In this document: in pieces, positions 10,608 through 22,364 of the stretch
Layout: the number at the start of each line of letters is the position of its first letter
How positions within the stretch are numbered: position 1 is the stretch's first letter
Assembly (NCBI GenBank): GCA_027923505.1
Contig: BROI01000005.1
Location: forward strand, 620,001-684,000
Source: Mayamaea pseudoterrestris
Lineage: Eukaryota
DNA: 64,000 bases
Direction: 5' to 3'
The notes under the pieces: model-generated
What the model saw: the letters and a program-made list of their open reading frames with translations, nothing else
What the model was told of the DNA's origin: nothing
The model's database searches: none
Position numbers and translations under genes: made by a program

Positions 10608-11714
10608 ATGAAGCTTAAACAACTACCAAAAGCCAAATCTCGCAATCATCCCATCATCCAAGTACTTGATTTTACAGAAGTATCACTCACCGAGCAAGAT
10701 GTTATTTGCGGGCGAGGCCCAAACCTTAGAAACTGGCCCGGCAATCTCATGTTTCGCTGCATTTGTTGGCAGTTGCAGCCAGTCTACGCGAACGCGCCGC
10801 GGCAGTGGAAGATAGTCATGGCGACCATAATTGTCGAAGAACTAGTTGCCATGGATCCTCCCTCCAGATTCGTGCAACTAGTGCCAAAGACATGTGTGGA
10901 AGATAGAAAATGCTTCCTGGTCACGGCTGAACTAGCGATTGAAAAGGTATGCCAAGCCTTGCGCGAACAGAAAATGAGTTGCCCCGCGCCGCTTCGTAAG
11001 CAAGCAGACAAGCTGCAACTAGTTGCACATGATAATGGCATGACGGACGTAATTTCAAGGCCAAAGGTTGTTGGAAATCTGAAGAGCCATGCTGCCTATC
11101 AGACGCTTGTCAAGGAACAAATTGAGGCAACGAAACGGTTCATTCGTATACTCTTTAGCAGCAAGATATCCAAGACATGCCAAACGCCCTCGCTGGTGCA
11201 ACGCCACTTGTTGGTGCCGTCAAAACCAGCCGTCGCCAAGCCCGCGAGCGTTTCCTTCACGGGGGTAGTTTCCAGGCCGCCCACGACCAAGCGCATCAAG
11301 ACGTCAGATCAACGCGCAAAAACACCCTCGCCGCCTTTCATTGTCACTCCAACGGCTGCTGCTGCTACGGTCGAAGCGACACACAATGACGACACAGCGA
11401 AAGCGAAACGAGCAACGTCGGACGATTTCCCAACCCGCATCTTTGCCAAGCCCATGTATGCGACGCAGTGCAACGAGACGGTGCAACCACTGCATCATGG
11501 GAGCAGAGCGGCGCGCAACAACAGAGTGATGACAGCGCCTGCCACTTACCCGGAGTCCATGGCGGAACCCACGTCCCGCAAATTGTGGAACGGTAGTGCC
11601 GTTACCTTTTTCGAGTCTTGGTTCGACGTGCCAGTTCGCACTCGCGCACCATCATTGCCGATGACTTTTCCCCCGTGTGATATCTGTATTGTTTCGCGCA
11701 ATCGCGATTGCTAG
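10608..11714 (+). CDS. DUF6824-like domain protein (diatom-expanded family)
   Basis: N-terminal EQDVICGRG..LRNWPGNLMFR....Y....R..K......IV......PPSRF......AIEKVCQALRE pattern, followed by a low-complexity tail. Confidence 0.75.
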   Translation: MKLKQLPKAKSRNHPIIQVLDFTEVSLTEQDVICGRGPNLRNWPGNLMFRCICWQLQPVYANAPRQWKIVMATIIVEELVAMDPPSRFVQLVPKTCVEDRKCFLVTAELAIEKVCQALREQKMSCPAPLRKQADKLQLVAHDNGMTDVISRPKVVGNLKSHAAYQTLVKEQIEATKRFIRILFSSKISKTCQTPSLVQRHLLVPSKPAVAKPASVSFTGVVSRPPTTKRIKTSDQRAKTPSPPFIVTPTAAAATVEATHNDDTAKAKRATSDDFPTRIFAKPMYATQCNETVQPLHHGSRAARNNRVMTAPATYPESMAEPTSRKLWNGSAVTFFESWFDVPVRTRAPSLPMTFPPCDICIVSRNRDC

Positions 11715-12006
11715 CCAGCAACGTGAACAACAACTGTAAGGAACGGTTGATGCAACTATATATACTCATGGGCACCTGCATGTTTTGAAACAATTCCTGT
11801 TTTGCATGCCGAGTTCAAAGTTTCGCACAATCAGATTCCTCCCGCTTGGCAATGCGGTGGGTGTTATACCAAGGTCAAAGTTTGCGCAAGCAATCAAAAC
11901 TTACGAGGCTCAACGCAAAGCCATTTATCACCTGTGGCAGTATTATAATGCGTGTCTTTAATTCGGGTAAACTATATACTGCTTAGAATATTAAGTCTTC
12001 TTTAAG

Positions 12007-13473
12007 TTAAACTTCACCTCTTCGTTCCATGCCTCGAGCCCTCTTTCGGAGCGACTTTAACGTTTCGCGTTGAATAGCAGGTGCATCATCGTCCTCATCG
12101 ACAAGTTCAGCTGAAGCATCGCTTTCAGCAGCATCGGCATAATCTTCATAGTCATCCTCATCCTCTAACATCACGTTTGCATCGTTGCCATGGATCCAGT
12201 CATATCCCTGACTGTACATTGTTTCTTCGCCGTCGTACCAATCAGCATCGTCGTTGCCCAAGTCCTCGTCATTATCAACCGCCTTCGCTTCACCTCCTTC
12301 ATAGCGACTGTTAAAGTCACGCACAGCCGACTCGCTCGCTTCCAAAATAATCTTCCACAAGTCTTTGCAACCATCGCCCGTGACACTACTCACGCAAAGA
12401 GGCTGACCCTCTGGTAATCCGAGTTCATTGCGGATCCGTTCCAGCTGCACTGTCAGTTCGTTTGACGAAAGCTTGTCACGCTTGGTCGCCACGACAAGAA
12501 TTGGCAATCCCATGTCAAACAAGGCCGCCAGTACCGAGCAATCGTCGGTAGTTGGCACGCGCCGAGCATCCACCAACAATATACCCAGGCAAAGTTCCTT
12601 GCGCTTTTGCAAATAGTCTTCGGCCACCTGTTGAATGGCCGCCTGTCGGTCCCGACTCAATTTGGCGTAGCCGTAGCCTGGCAAGTCGACAAAGGTCATC
12701 CAGTTGCGGTCATTTTGCTGCGTCAATGCGTAAAAGTTGACACTGGCCGTGGCACCGGGCGTTTGTCCCACGCGAGCCACTGCTTGGCGAGTGGCGCTGC
12801 CGCTGCTGTCACTGGCTGACATGCTTGATAAACGATTCAATAGACTGGACTTTCCCACGTTACTTCGACCCAAAAAGGCAACTTCGGGTGTTCCCATTGA
12901 TGGAGGTAGCGTCTTGCTCTCCAAGTGAGCGCCGAGAAAGCGGAGACGGAGGGGCGTTGTGAAAGGACTGACTCGTTTCCAATTGCAAAACTGTTGCTGA
13001 GCTGGAGATAGAAAGGACTTGGAAAGCTGGGACGATGCTGCAGATTGTTTCTTGTCTTTCGATTGACTACTTGCTGTCTCTTGGTGAGACGGAATGACGC
13101 CTTGTTGGACGAGCTGCCGTCGCTCAATTTCGTTCTGAATATTTTGCGCCGCATCCTTGCTACTCAGCACCTGCCAGGGAGGCACTCGTGCCTGACGCTT
13201 GGGAGCTGCTGCAGGCTTATAAGCATTCTTATTGTCTGACTTTTTTGCTGGCGCAGTTTTCGTTTTTGCAGCCTTCTTATTCTTATTGCTCTTTGGCGAT
13301 AATTTACTGGGTCGCGTTGCCGTTAAAGAAAATGATGATGTCACGTCAAATCTCGCTTGAAAGAGCAATTGAGGAGCTATAAATGCATCTACTGGAACAG
13401 TCACTATTTGAACTGACGCAAAAGCGCAAATAGACAAAAGAAATGGTTGTTTTCGTGGTCTTGGATTCGCCAT
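12007..13473 (-). CDS. engB: YihA/EngB ribosome-biogenesis GTPase, probably plastid-targeted
   Basis: PEVAFLGRSNVGKSSLLN (G1), GQTPGAT, FVDLPGYGYAK (G3), ATKRDKL (G4), VSSVTG. Presequence ends in VDA|FIAP (ASAFAP-like). ATG at 13473. Confidence 0.88.
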   Translation of the reverse strand: MANPRPRKQPFLLSICAFASVQIVTVPVDAFIAPQLLFQARFDVTSSFSLTATRPSKLSPKSNKNKKAAKTKTAPAKKSDNKNAYKPAAAPKRQARVPPWQVLSSKDAAQNIQNEIERRQLVQQGVIPSHQETASSQSKDKKQSAASSQLSKSFLSPAQQQFCNWKRVSPFTTPLRLRFLGAHLESKTLPPSMGTPEVAFLGRSNVGKSSLLNRLSSMSASDSSGSATRQAVARVGQTPGATASVNFYALTQQNDRNWMTFVDLPGYGYAKLSRDRQAAIQQVAEDYLQKRKELCLGILLVDARRVPTTDDCSVLAALFDMGLPILVVATKRDKLSSNELTVQLERIRNELGLPEGQPLCVSSVTGDGCKDLWKIILEASESAVRDFNSRYEGGEAKAVDNDEDLGNDDADWYDGEETMYSQGYDWIHGNDANVMLEDEDDYEDYADAAESDASAELVDEDDDAPAIQRETLKSLRKRARGMERRGEV

Positions 13474-14093
13474 GATGATGGTCGTTGGGTTTGTGATTTG
13501 TGATGTCGAAACGAATGTGTTGTTGGTTATCGGAAATACCGCTGCGACTTCAGCTGTGTCGAATGGCATCACTATGATTATATGTGCATTCACCTGACTA
13601 CCACAGATAAACAACGGTCGAATGACAATCATACCGGTGGTGATCTGAATGCGTCCCACCAAGTACCAACAGACTACCACCGATAAAGGCAAGCGGTGTA
13701 ATAGGGCATTGGAGTGGTGTTTGGTTTTAGGTTTATTTAAGGGGGGGTGTACAGTCAATGCGGTGAATGAAATGCAAAGACCATACTTGGAACAGCATGA
13801 GCAAGCTCAGAGGCTGAACCGGCGTTCAAAGAGTAGTTTAACAATTAGCCCCCCGAAGAGGGCATATTCTTGTTAAAGAATATAGAACAGTTACTACACA
13901 AGATCAAAGCCAAAAGGCGAAGAGATACTTGACTCATATGATGGCCAATGAGCAAGCAGTATCCATTGGTATCGAAGTATTCATTGCAGCATCTTGAGAT
14001 CTCTCAAAATTCCATCAATTACGCATTGGCGACAACCTTCATAACTAATGCACTCTCTTACTCAACATTATGCATTAACCGATTTGTTATTGA

Positions 14094-17000
14094 TTACAGT
14101 AAGTAGTAAAAGCTCCTCTTCACCATAAACAACAGGCAAACACAGACAAACGTTGTTGGAATAGCAAGCGCGTTCACCAGATCGGTATTGATGAGCATGT
14201 TGGACAGGTCGACAAGCAGAATTTGACCATCCGCCAGAATCCGAGCAAATAAAGACAATAACGTTATAACAGTTCCAATGTTTATAACAGCACTCTTCTG
14301 TCGATGAGGGGATACTTTTGATAATAGCGACAAGGAGGCGCCATTCAATGAGATGAGCCCAACGAACGCCACCGATGCCCCAATAAGATACTGCAGTATC
14401 CCGATTCGCCAGTCATATTGCGCCGTTTCTTTTCCATCCATGTCAGAGAAGAGCAGCGGAACTCGTCCCGACAGTGAGTAGATGGACATCCAGTTTATCA
14501 GTCCGAAAAACCCTGTTGCTACAATGCAAATGGAGCGCTGGTGCAGTGCCGGACGTCGATTGTCAGTGATAGTGAGCAACGACGATGAAAATTTCAAAAG
14601 GAGGTGCAAGTAACTTACTTTTAACACAGTCCTTTCTTCGAAGCGATGGGCAACGTGGCTGGACACAAGGTGCGTTGGTAACACGAGCAGACCGAGCCAG
14701 CATAGAAATGCTCCGCCGCGCACATAACTCCATTGAAAGTATCTTGAAACAACGATTGGAGTTGCGGAGAATAGAACTTCCCATCCCCATATGGTGAATG
14801 TTACGAGAATCAAAGCAACTGGTATTCCAGGGTGGAACATCACCAATTTCTTCAACTTCGCGACGGACAACACCAAGCGATAGCCGAAGGCATGGTGCAA
14901 CATCGCCTCATGAGTTTCAGTCTCAGATAATAGACTTCGTTCTCCCAAATTCAAGTCTAATCTGATACTTTCCTTTGAGCCATAAGCGGCTTTAAGTGAA
15001 TTCATTCCGTCCTGGGACGAGTCATCTGACGACTGTTGAAGGACAGAAGGCGATTCGACGGACTCGGTGTCGGCCATGCCCGCATTTGCATTGTCACTTT
15101 CCACCTTCAGCACTCGAGTCAAAGGTTGTTGACCTTCGCGAAGTTCGTACGTCGCCAAACACTTAAACCCACGACAAATGCGAATGAGATGGACGAACCA
15201 TAGGAGTGATAGTAGCGATGATGTTATCTGGACGCCTCTGACTCCCAAATTCATGGTCTGCGTCATTGTACCACAAAGCAAACCGCTAATCAAGCCTGCA
15301 ATTTTGTACTTTGTCAACCTTGCTGACTCTTTGACCATGAGAGAAGGTAGACACACGCACAACAACTGTCTGTTCAGTATCTCTGTGAACGAGAACCCAA
15401 TCGTTAGACGCCCCAACACTGCTATGAAAAATGAATTTCGCTCTACAGCCAAGAAGATGATCGCATTTCCACACCAGCCCATAAACGCTGCAAAGGCAAA
15501 GAACCATTTCATGCTTCGGACACTTTTTCGTGGAAACCGATTGACAGCAATTTCGTGCGAAATATACCAACAATGGATCGCTGTGCACACGAGTGCGGAT
15601 AGATTTGGTGCCCCATTAATTAGGGCGGACTTCGCAGATGCCACGTTCACAGCCCTCGCAAAAACCAAGGAGGTAGGATGTGCAACAAAATACGTTGCCG
15701 TGAACAAAAAGCATGACAAATAATTCAGCTGTAGCGACTCTGACGTGATCTCGGGCGTCAGAGATGGGTCGCTTTCCCCCGTAACTCTCTTTAAAAAGAT
15801 GTTGAAATTTCCATCAGTGGCTTTACTGTCAGGATTCAGGCTCACTGCATTCAAAACTCTGTACTCTTCTTTCGACAACGGAAATCCCGATTTGTGTGTA
15901 AAAGCACTGCTCTCTGCGATTGTCGACGCGGCTAGTGTCGAGTTCATGACTCTGTTCAGTCGCCGCTTGGTCCACTTGCCTTCCTGGAGGCCTTCGAAAA
16001 GTATGCGCGGATCGTGAAGAAGTACACCGTCCGGATCGTACGACACTATAAAGTCCAACGTACGCCTCGCGCACCCATCCAGGCCCTCGCCAACCACTTG
16101 CTGACCCGTATATGCCAGCGAAGAACGGGAAAGATATGCTTCGTAATGATCATACTTGTATCGAGCCGCTTCTCGAAGTGAAAAAATTGAACACACGGCA
16201 AAACGAAGCCTGGTAATCGACATTGTTGATTCTGTTGATGGAGGACCTTCGCTGTCGCAATCAGAATCAAGTCCTGAATGCGTAAAGTCTTCACTTTCAT
16301 CGGGTAGTATGCCGCCGCCAAATCTTCCGCGTGGTCGCTGTGGTGTTCGTGCTGTTGAAGAGTTAAGTTTCGTCAAAGCATCAGCGCGAGATCGACCAAC
16401 TTCGTATTCCGACAATGCTAGCGCAAGGCATGAAGATATGACTTGCACTGTTCTCGAATTTGCTAGCTTTTGGATCTTTGTGTCGTAAATGCCTACTAGC
16501 TTGAAATGATTCATTTGCCCAATCATTGCAGGGTGTGCCTCGAAAACATCGTTGGACGCATGCACCAGCAAGCCACCAAGAGTCCTCGAATCTCCCAGAT
16601 GGCCATTTTCAAACCACTGGGTCCGATGGTAGTATCCACCGAGCATTCGATTCATCAAAAGTCGATCATGCTTCCGACAAATCTTGCGCACGGCTATGAG
16701 ATTAACGCAAATGAAGCGGAGGACATGGAGGAGCTCGGCAGCTACTGCCGTGTACCCATCAGCTTCTTCCACTGCGGATAGAAAAAGCATGTCTTCACCG
16801 AGTATATGGTCATTGCGTTGAAACACTGGTCGATTGTTGCGAATATCAGCAAAGTGCGAAATTTTGCGACGAACCATATTCGTTGCAGTCGTCGCCGTCG
16901 TCTTTTTCGAGCCGCCAAATCTCGGAGTTCGAACGGACGACATTAAACTATGCGCCGCCGTTTCATCAGATCGACTTATCGCTGACAAAGTAACTCGATG

Positions 17001-18362
17001 CTCATTGTCACGATCGTCATCCGAATCTGACCAGGGAAACACCCCCGTCAAGCCGATACCACCTTGTTGCTGCTCATCATCCGATGACGACGAAGCTGAC
17101 GGATGCATTCCTCCATCCGACAATGTATAATCGTATTGCGTGCCTCGAATCTCAACCTTTTGCTGCCCATGAAAATGATCGTCATCAAAGGATGGAAACC
17201 GCAGACTCCCCGCCGTATCAGCTAGTTCTCCCAGTCGCGACTGCGCAAACAGCAGCACCTTTTCCGTCTCGGCGCGCAGCAGTCCCAGGAATCGTTCCGT
17301 AATGGCGCGCGCCTTGCCGTGCGCCACGCGCAAGTAGGTGGGAACCTTGCGCTCGCGCGACTCGCGCAGTTTGCGAAGCTTGCGCTTGTAGTCGCGTCGA
17401 CGCATGCGAGCCTTGGCGCGTTCATGTTCTAGTTTCTTGGCGGCTTTGCGAGCGTTTATTGATGACGCTCTGCCATTTAGAGATGGAACTGCAGGAGCGG
17501 ATGATGACACTGACGCATGTCGCTGCCGATGATTATTGTTGTGGCGAAAGCTGGAGGCGGGTGGCGTCAAGCTCTCCGACAATGTATATAATGACGAGCC
17601 ATGTGGCACTGGCGTTGCTGGTGGAAGCAAGGATGACTTTTCCGTCGTTGCGAAATGCTGCGGCTGCTGGCTGTATCCAGAGCTCCTTGGTGTAATGGCG
17701 GTTGCTGCATCTGGATCCGACGCCAAAAGAAAGGACGTTTGCTGCTCGTGATGCACAAAGGCAAAGTTATCTTCCTCCTCGTCTCTGGTTGAATGTCGTC
17801 GATTATTTATGTTGCGTGTCTCTTGACTTGATGTTTTGTTTGGATTCGCACTCGCTTGTTCACTTCCAGCTATTTTGGTCGTGTTGTCCGCGGTGCCTTG
17901 GCTCGACCAAGGTCGCTTTGCAAAAATGGAAGGAACGACATGACTTCCGCCGCAACCATTGACTCTCAAGTCTTCCTCTTCTTCCGAGGAAGTTGCTTCA
18001 TGCGAATAGCTCAGCGTAAATGACTTTGGAACAGCCTCCTCGGCGAGAAACATGTCATTCTGTGAATTGATGTTGTTCGACTGCTCGTTGTCATCTTCAT
18101 TGAGCGACGCGAAAGCAGCCTCGGAATCAGACTCCAGAAATAAGTCATTGCGATAGTCTCGACCAGCTACGATTCTGTTGCGACGTCTCCGACTAGACTG
18201 CGCGTCGACAAAGTCGTACTGATTGTTGCTTGCCCGATGGGCTTCCTCCTCGTAGACGGCTTCAATCTGCGACAGCAAAAGCTTGAGCGTTTCGTAGTCT
18301 AGATAGCCTCCTTCCCAGCCACTGCGGCGTGCCATGCGAAGAGATTTTCCAAAGCCGACCAT
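14094..18362 (-). CDS. SPX-domain + MFS membrane protein (phosphate-sensing transporter-like); probable intron 14618-14538
   Basis: SPX segments MVGFGKSL...YLDYETLK, ERFLGLLRAETEKVLLF, VLRFICVNLIAVRKICRKHDR; about 11-12 hydrophobic helices in the C-terminal third. Confidence 0.82.
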   Translation of the reverse strand: MVGFGKSLRMARRSGWEGGYLDYETLKLLLSQIEAVYEEEAHRASNNQYDFVDAQSSRRRRNRIVAGRDYRNDLFLESDSEAAFASLNEDDNEQSNNINSQNDMFLAEEAVPKSFTLSYSHEATSSEEEEDLRVNGCGGSHVVPSIFAKRPWSSQGTADNTTKIAGSEQASANPNKTSSQETRNINNRRHSTRDEEEDNFAFVHHEQQTSFLLASDPDAATAITPRSSGYSQQPQHFATTEKSSLLPPATPVPHGSSLYTLSESLTPPASSFRHNNNHRQRHASVSSSAPAVPSLNGRASSINARKAAKKLEHERAKARMRRRDYKRKLRKLRESRERKVPTYLRVAHGKARAITERFLGLLRAETEKVLLFAQSRLGELADTAGSLRFPSFDDDHFHGQQKVEIRGTQYDYTLSDGGMHPSASSSSDDEQQQGGIGLTGVFPWSDSDDDRDNEHRVTLSAISRSDETAAHSLMSSVRTPRFGGSKKTTATTATNMVRRKISHFADIRNNRPVFQRNDHILGEDMLFLSAVEEADGYTAVAAELLHVLRFICVNLIAVRKICRKHDRLLMNRMLGGYYHRTQWFENGHLGDSRTLGGLLVHASNDVFEAHPAMIGQMNHFKLVGIYDTKIQKLANSRTVQVISSCLALALSEYEVGRSRADALTKLNSSTARTPQRPRGRFGGGILPDESEDFTHSGLDSDCDSEGPPSTESTMSITRLRFAVCSIFSLREAARYKYDHYEAYLSRSSLAYTGQQVVGEGLDGCARRTLDFIVSYDPDGVLLHDPRILFEGLQEGKWTKRRLNRVMNSTLAASTIAESSAFTHKSGFPLSKEEYRVLNAVSLNPDSKATDGNFNIFLKRVTGESDPSLTPEITSESLQLNYLSCFLFTATYFVAHPTSLVFARAVNVASAKSALINGAPNLSALVCTAIHCWYISHEIAVNRFPRKSVRSMKWFFAFAAFMGWCGNAIIFLAVERNSFFIAVLGRLTIGFSFTEILNRQLLCVCLPSLMVKESARLTKYKIAGLISGLLCGTMTQTMNLGVRGVQITSSLLSLLWFVHLIRICRGFKCLATYELREGQQPLTRVLKVESDNANAGMADTESVESPSVLQQSSDDSSQDGMNSLKAAYGSKESIRLDLNLGERSLLSETETHEAMLHHAFGYRLVLSVAKLKKLVMFHPGIPVALILVTFTIWGWEVLFSATPIVVSRYFQWSYVRGGAFLCWLGLLVLPTHLVSSHVAHRFEERTVLKVSYLHLLLKFSSSLLTITDNRRPALHQRSICIVATGFFGLINWMSIYSLSGRVPLLFSDMDGKETAQYDWRIGILQYLIGASVAFVGLISLNGASLSLLSKVSPHRQKSAVINIGTVITLLSLFARILADGQILLVDLSNMLINTDLVNALAIPTTFVCVCLLFMVKRSFYYLL

Positions 18363-18685
18363 GATATTGTTTGGTTGCAGCAGTCGCAAAAGTATCGTAT
18401 CTTCATTCCATGGTGTTGCGAGATGGATGCGAGCCGAGGATCTTGACGCATCGCATCGCGACTCACAAGCGGAGTCAGTGCAGTCATCGTGATTGTTCGT
18501 TAAGAAGTTTCACGATGTTTCGCACGACTGCTCCACGACTGTGAAGTAAAGTGTACAAACGCGGTTACCACTTACCTGCGTTACTACATCGCTGCTGTCG
18601 CCGTCGAAGCTGCAACTTCTTACTTTCGACCCACTTTCGGACTGCCGGTTATTTACCTTCCTTTCATTCATCAGCCCTCTAAAAC

Positions 18686-19692
18686 ATGTCTGCTTCCGCC
18701 TTTTCGTCGCTCCCGGAGATTCTCCAGCCCAAGGAGGAGGACATCCAAATGATGCTCAGCGCTGGTGGTACGTACTTGCGCATTTCGTCGTTATCGCTCG
18801 ACTATTGAGTTGCTTGATCCATTTCTTACACTAATTTACATGCTCTTTTTAGTCCATACGGGAACGCGAAACTCTGACTCGCAAATGGAGGAGTACATTT
18901 GGCGCCGCCGCAGTGACGGCGTCCACATTCTCAACATTGGCAAGACCTGGGAAAAGTTGATCCTGGCGGCCCGCGTCATTGTCTCGATTGAGAACCCTGA
19001 GGATGTCATTGCCATTTCGGCTCGTCCCTACGGTATGCGTGCGACTCTCAAGTTTGGTACGTTTTACATGGTGAAATGAAGTTAGCCGTACAACTTGTCT
19101 TCTTTCGACTGCATACTCACAGTGTCGTCGACGCCCACCTCCAAACACAGCCAACTACACTGGCACCCAGTGCATTGCTGGCCGCTTCACGCCTGGTACC
19201 TTTACCAATCAAATCACCAAGCAGTTCCGTGAACCCCGCCTGCTGATCGTCACGGATCCACGCACCGACGCGCAGGCCGTCCGCGAGGCTAGCTACGTGA
19301 ACATTCCGGTGATTGCGCTTTGCGACAGCGACTCGCCGCTGCAGTACGTGGATGTGGCGATTCCGGCCAACAACAAGGGAAAGTTCTCCATTGGTCTCAT
19401 GTACTGGTTGTTGGCGCGTGAAGTCTTGCGTCTTCGCGGATCCATTAGCCGCACCGAGCAGTGGATCGTTCCGGTGGATTTGTTCTTTCACCGTGATCCG
19501 GAGGAGCTCAAAAAGACGGAGGAGGAAGCCGCCGTCATTGATGAAGCCGTACCGGCGCCCGTCTACGACGATGCTATCGCGGAGCCAATGGCGGATCCTT
19601 CGCAGTTGGTTGAACCGACGGCGGCGGCGGATTATGATGCCGCTGGATACAGTCAGTGGGAAGCCGAACCCACTCCGGCCGATCAGTGGTAA
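18686..19692 (+). CDS. RPSA: 40S ribosomal protein SA (uS2); exons 18686-18767, 18853-19056, 19151-19692
   Basis: Spliced product: [87 protein letters not shown]. Both introns are GT..AG. Confidence 0.96.
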
Positions 19693-19827
19693 ATTACTTT
19701 TTCATACTGATAAGCATTAGTTGACAATAACTGTTACAAAGGGTTAGCTGTCTGTCAAATTAAGTGCAAAAATACGTCTTGTGCAGTGAGGACATCTTGA
19801 TGCATGCGCGATTTGCGAGGCACACCA

Positions 19828-22043
19828 TTAGTCTCCATAGAGCTGGCTCGGAGTAATGCTGGTACGATGCGCCGACTGCGCAATGAAAGCATAGGGAGGC
19901 GTCCGCAAGCCAGCCGGTGCTCGGTTGTAATCATCGTCGTCGTCCATGTCGTCGTCACTCTCCTGCGTGAGCATGACGGGTGCATGCTGCTCGTCAAACG
20001 GAGTCGTTTCAATCTCATCCGCAATGTGACTGAGCCATAGACCAAAGACGTGGTTGGCAAGCTCCGTCTTGTCAGAATCCCGACAAAATACTCTGATCTC
20101 ATTGGCGATAAAGTACTCTGGACGCGTATAGGAACACTTGGGAGGGAGGATCGCTTCGGGGAGATCGTCGATAGAATTTTGCAGCATATTCATCTTTCCC
20201 TTCTCGATAAAGCGCATAAGCATGACAGGATCCTTGTCCTTGCGGCCGCAGTGGACGCTGCACTTTTGGACCACGAGGTCTTCCTCCGTCAACTGCTGCA
20301 CACCGTCGTGCTTTCCATGGAATGCAACCATTTGTCGGACAATCTCACCTTCCGTGAGCTTTTTCCACAGCTGAAGGTCGGAAGGCAACTCTCGGTCGAT
20401 ATTCTTGACGCCAATGCACTTGTAAAAGGCTCTGGCCCGCCATCGTTTGATGAGCTGGCGTGCCTTGGCCAAGTTTGGGTCGCGACAATTGTAAATTTGG
20501 TCAATGACGGAATCTTTTAGTGACACAAATGCTTGAGGGTCAAGCATTGCCCGACTGAGTGGCAGCTCATCGTAACCAGTTTTGGCCTTGCCGGTGCGAT
20601 CTTCTGGTGCAATGTAGATGCGAAAGAAGGGATCGGCGTGGCAGAAAATGTCGCAGACGAGGCTCTGCGCTGCGCAAACTGTCTTGTGCTGATACACAAT
20701 CTCATGCATAGTCTTTCGCTTGTTGAAAAAGTTCATGGCGTTTTGCGTCATTTTTTCAGGATAACAAATCATCAAGTGACGTCCATCGCCACCGCGGCAG
20801 CACTTGAAGCACTTGTCAGGTTGCGGACAGGAACCCCACGCAACGTAGGCTTCAGCAATCATGCGCTCGTCGATACTCCCATCCACGCCCAAGGCTCCTC
20901 GTTCATCTCGAGAAAAGTAATCCATCTTATCCACGTCCAAGCCACTGTGACGGTTGCAGACAATATCATAGAGCCACTCCTTTTCCGCTGGACGCCCGAC
21001 AAAGCCTTCGTATTTTTGCACGGCTTGCCAAATTTCCGCAACGGGTCCGCCGTTGATGGCTTCCTTGATGAAGCAAAAGTCGCGCGACGTCAGAACCGAC
21101 CCATCGCGCGCCATTATGCTGAGCGCATCCGTGCCGTCGCCAATCTGCCGCAATGGCTCGTCCAGTCGCGTCAAGTCAATCTGTAAACCAATCGATTCGA
21201 GAATGGCGTCAATCATTTGGAGAGACGTTTCTTCGTGCGAGTAGTCGTCCGGAACAGTCGGCCAATTCTCATTGGAATAGCGCTCCATCAACTCTGGATG
21301 CTTGTTCAAATGCGCCGGCAGCTGCTTGACAAATTCTTCAAAGACATGAGAGTACGCTCCGTGTCCAACGTCATGCAAGAGTCCGGCCAGTTTGGCGCAG
21401 AGCACATCCTTGGCCGAGCATTGCAGCTGCGGCTGCACGTCCTGGAATCGCATGCAAAGCTTTTCGGCCAAGTGAGCCACACCAAGCGAATGGCCAAAGC
21501 GATCGTGAGTGCAATCATTGTAGACTAGTGATGTAGTGATGAAGAAATAGAATGAGACGGAAATGAGTTGATAAACTGGAAACTTATGAGGTTTTTGCGA
21601 ACTCATTCACGACGCATCAAATTCGCTCGCCCTCTCGGTAGCATCAATCTCTTTTACTGACTCGAACAGAGCACCTACGAGATGCTCGCTGTTCAAGTGA
21701 GTACTATGAAAGCAGCCATCAAAGCCAATGATGCCATCACAGCATGCAGTGTATATGCATTTCATGTTACAAAGTTCCATTCCAACTCACCTAGAAACGC
21801 CGTCCCCAGTTGATTCAATCCACGCAGTCGCTGCATCAGCGGCGTATCCATCAAGACGCACGTGACTGGATCCAAGTGAATCGTCTTGTGCAAGCAATCG
21901 TTGGTTCGCCGCTTGCAGTTGGCGGCCGTCGTGTGAAAGCCATGGACGCTTGATTTCGTGCGCTTGGAGGATCGAGATGGACTCAGCAAGCTAATAAAGG
22001 TACGCTTGGATGCTTCGGATGATGTCGTGCAAGTGGATGACAT
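19828..22043 (-). CDS. SAMHD1: SAMHD1-like HD-domain dNTP triphosphohydrolase; exons 22043-21791, 21524-19828
   Basis: MDTPLMQRLRGLNQLGTAFL|VYNDCTHDRFGHSLGVAHLA, AGLLHDVGHGAYSHVFE, LYDIVCNRHSGLDVDKMDYF, MHEIVYQHKTV. The 266-nt GT-AG intron restores the motif order. No SAM domain is evident. Confidence 0.9.
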
Positions 22044-22364
22044 GGTGATTTATCCTGCAGTGTATCAAGATGCTTGGCAGTCTTGAGAGGAAGCAAAGCT
22101 TTCTTCCTCGTTGCTTGCAGCTTCCGGCGATGCGAGGAAGCGACATGTCGCGATGATGTCGCACCTCAACTCAAATGTGAGTTGGCGTCTGTGCTTTTCA
22201 AAGTTCAATGCGCGCGCCGGGCGGCCAGGCCGTGACATCATCGTTCCGTGCGATCGCTGGATCTTGGATCTCGCCATCGAACGCTTTTCACAAATCACAT
22301 TAACCGTTGCTCCATCACAACAATCGATTTGCTCTTCATCACAAAACCAACAAAATACAGTAAC

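Noticed and set aside
13474..13758. N-terminal ORF-track extensions from GTG/TTG starts (engB here; likewise Ca-ATPase, PSMB7, BET, RRM)
   Set aside because: In a eukaryote, downstream ATGs give sensible targeting peptides or conserved N-termini.
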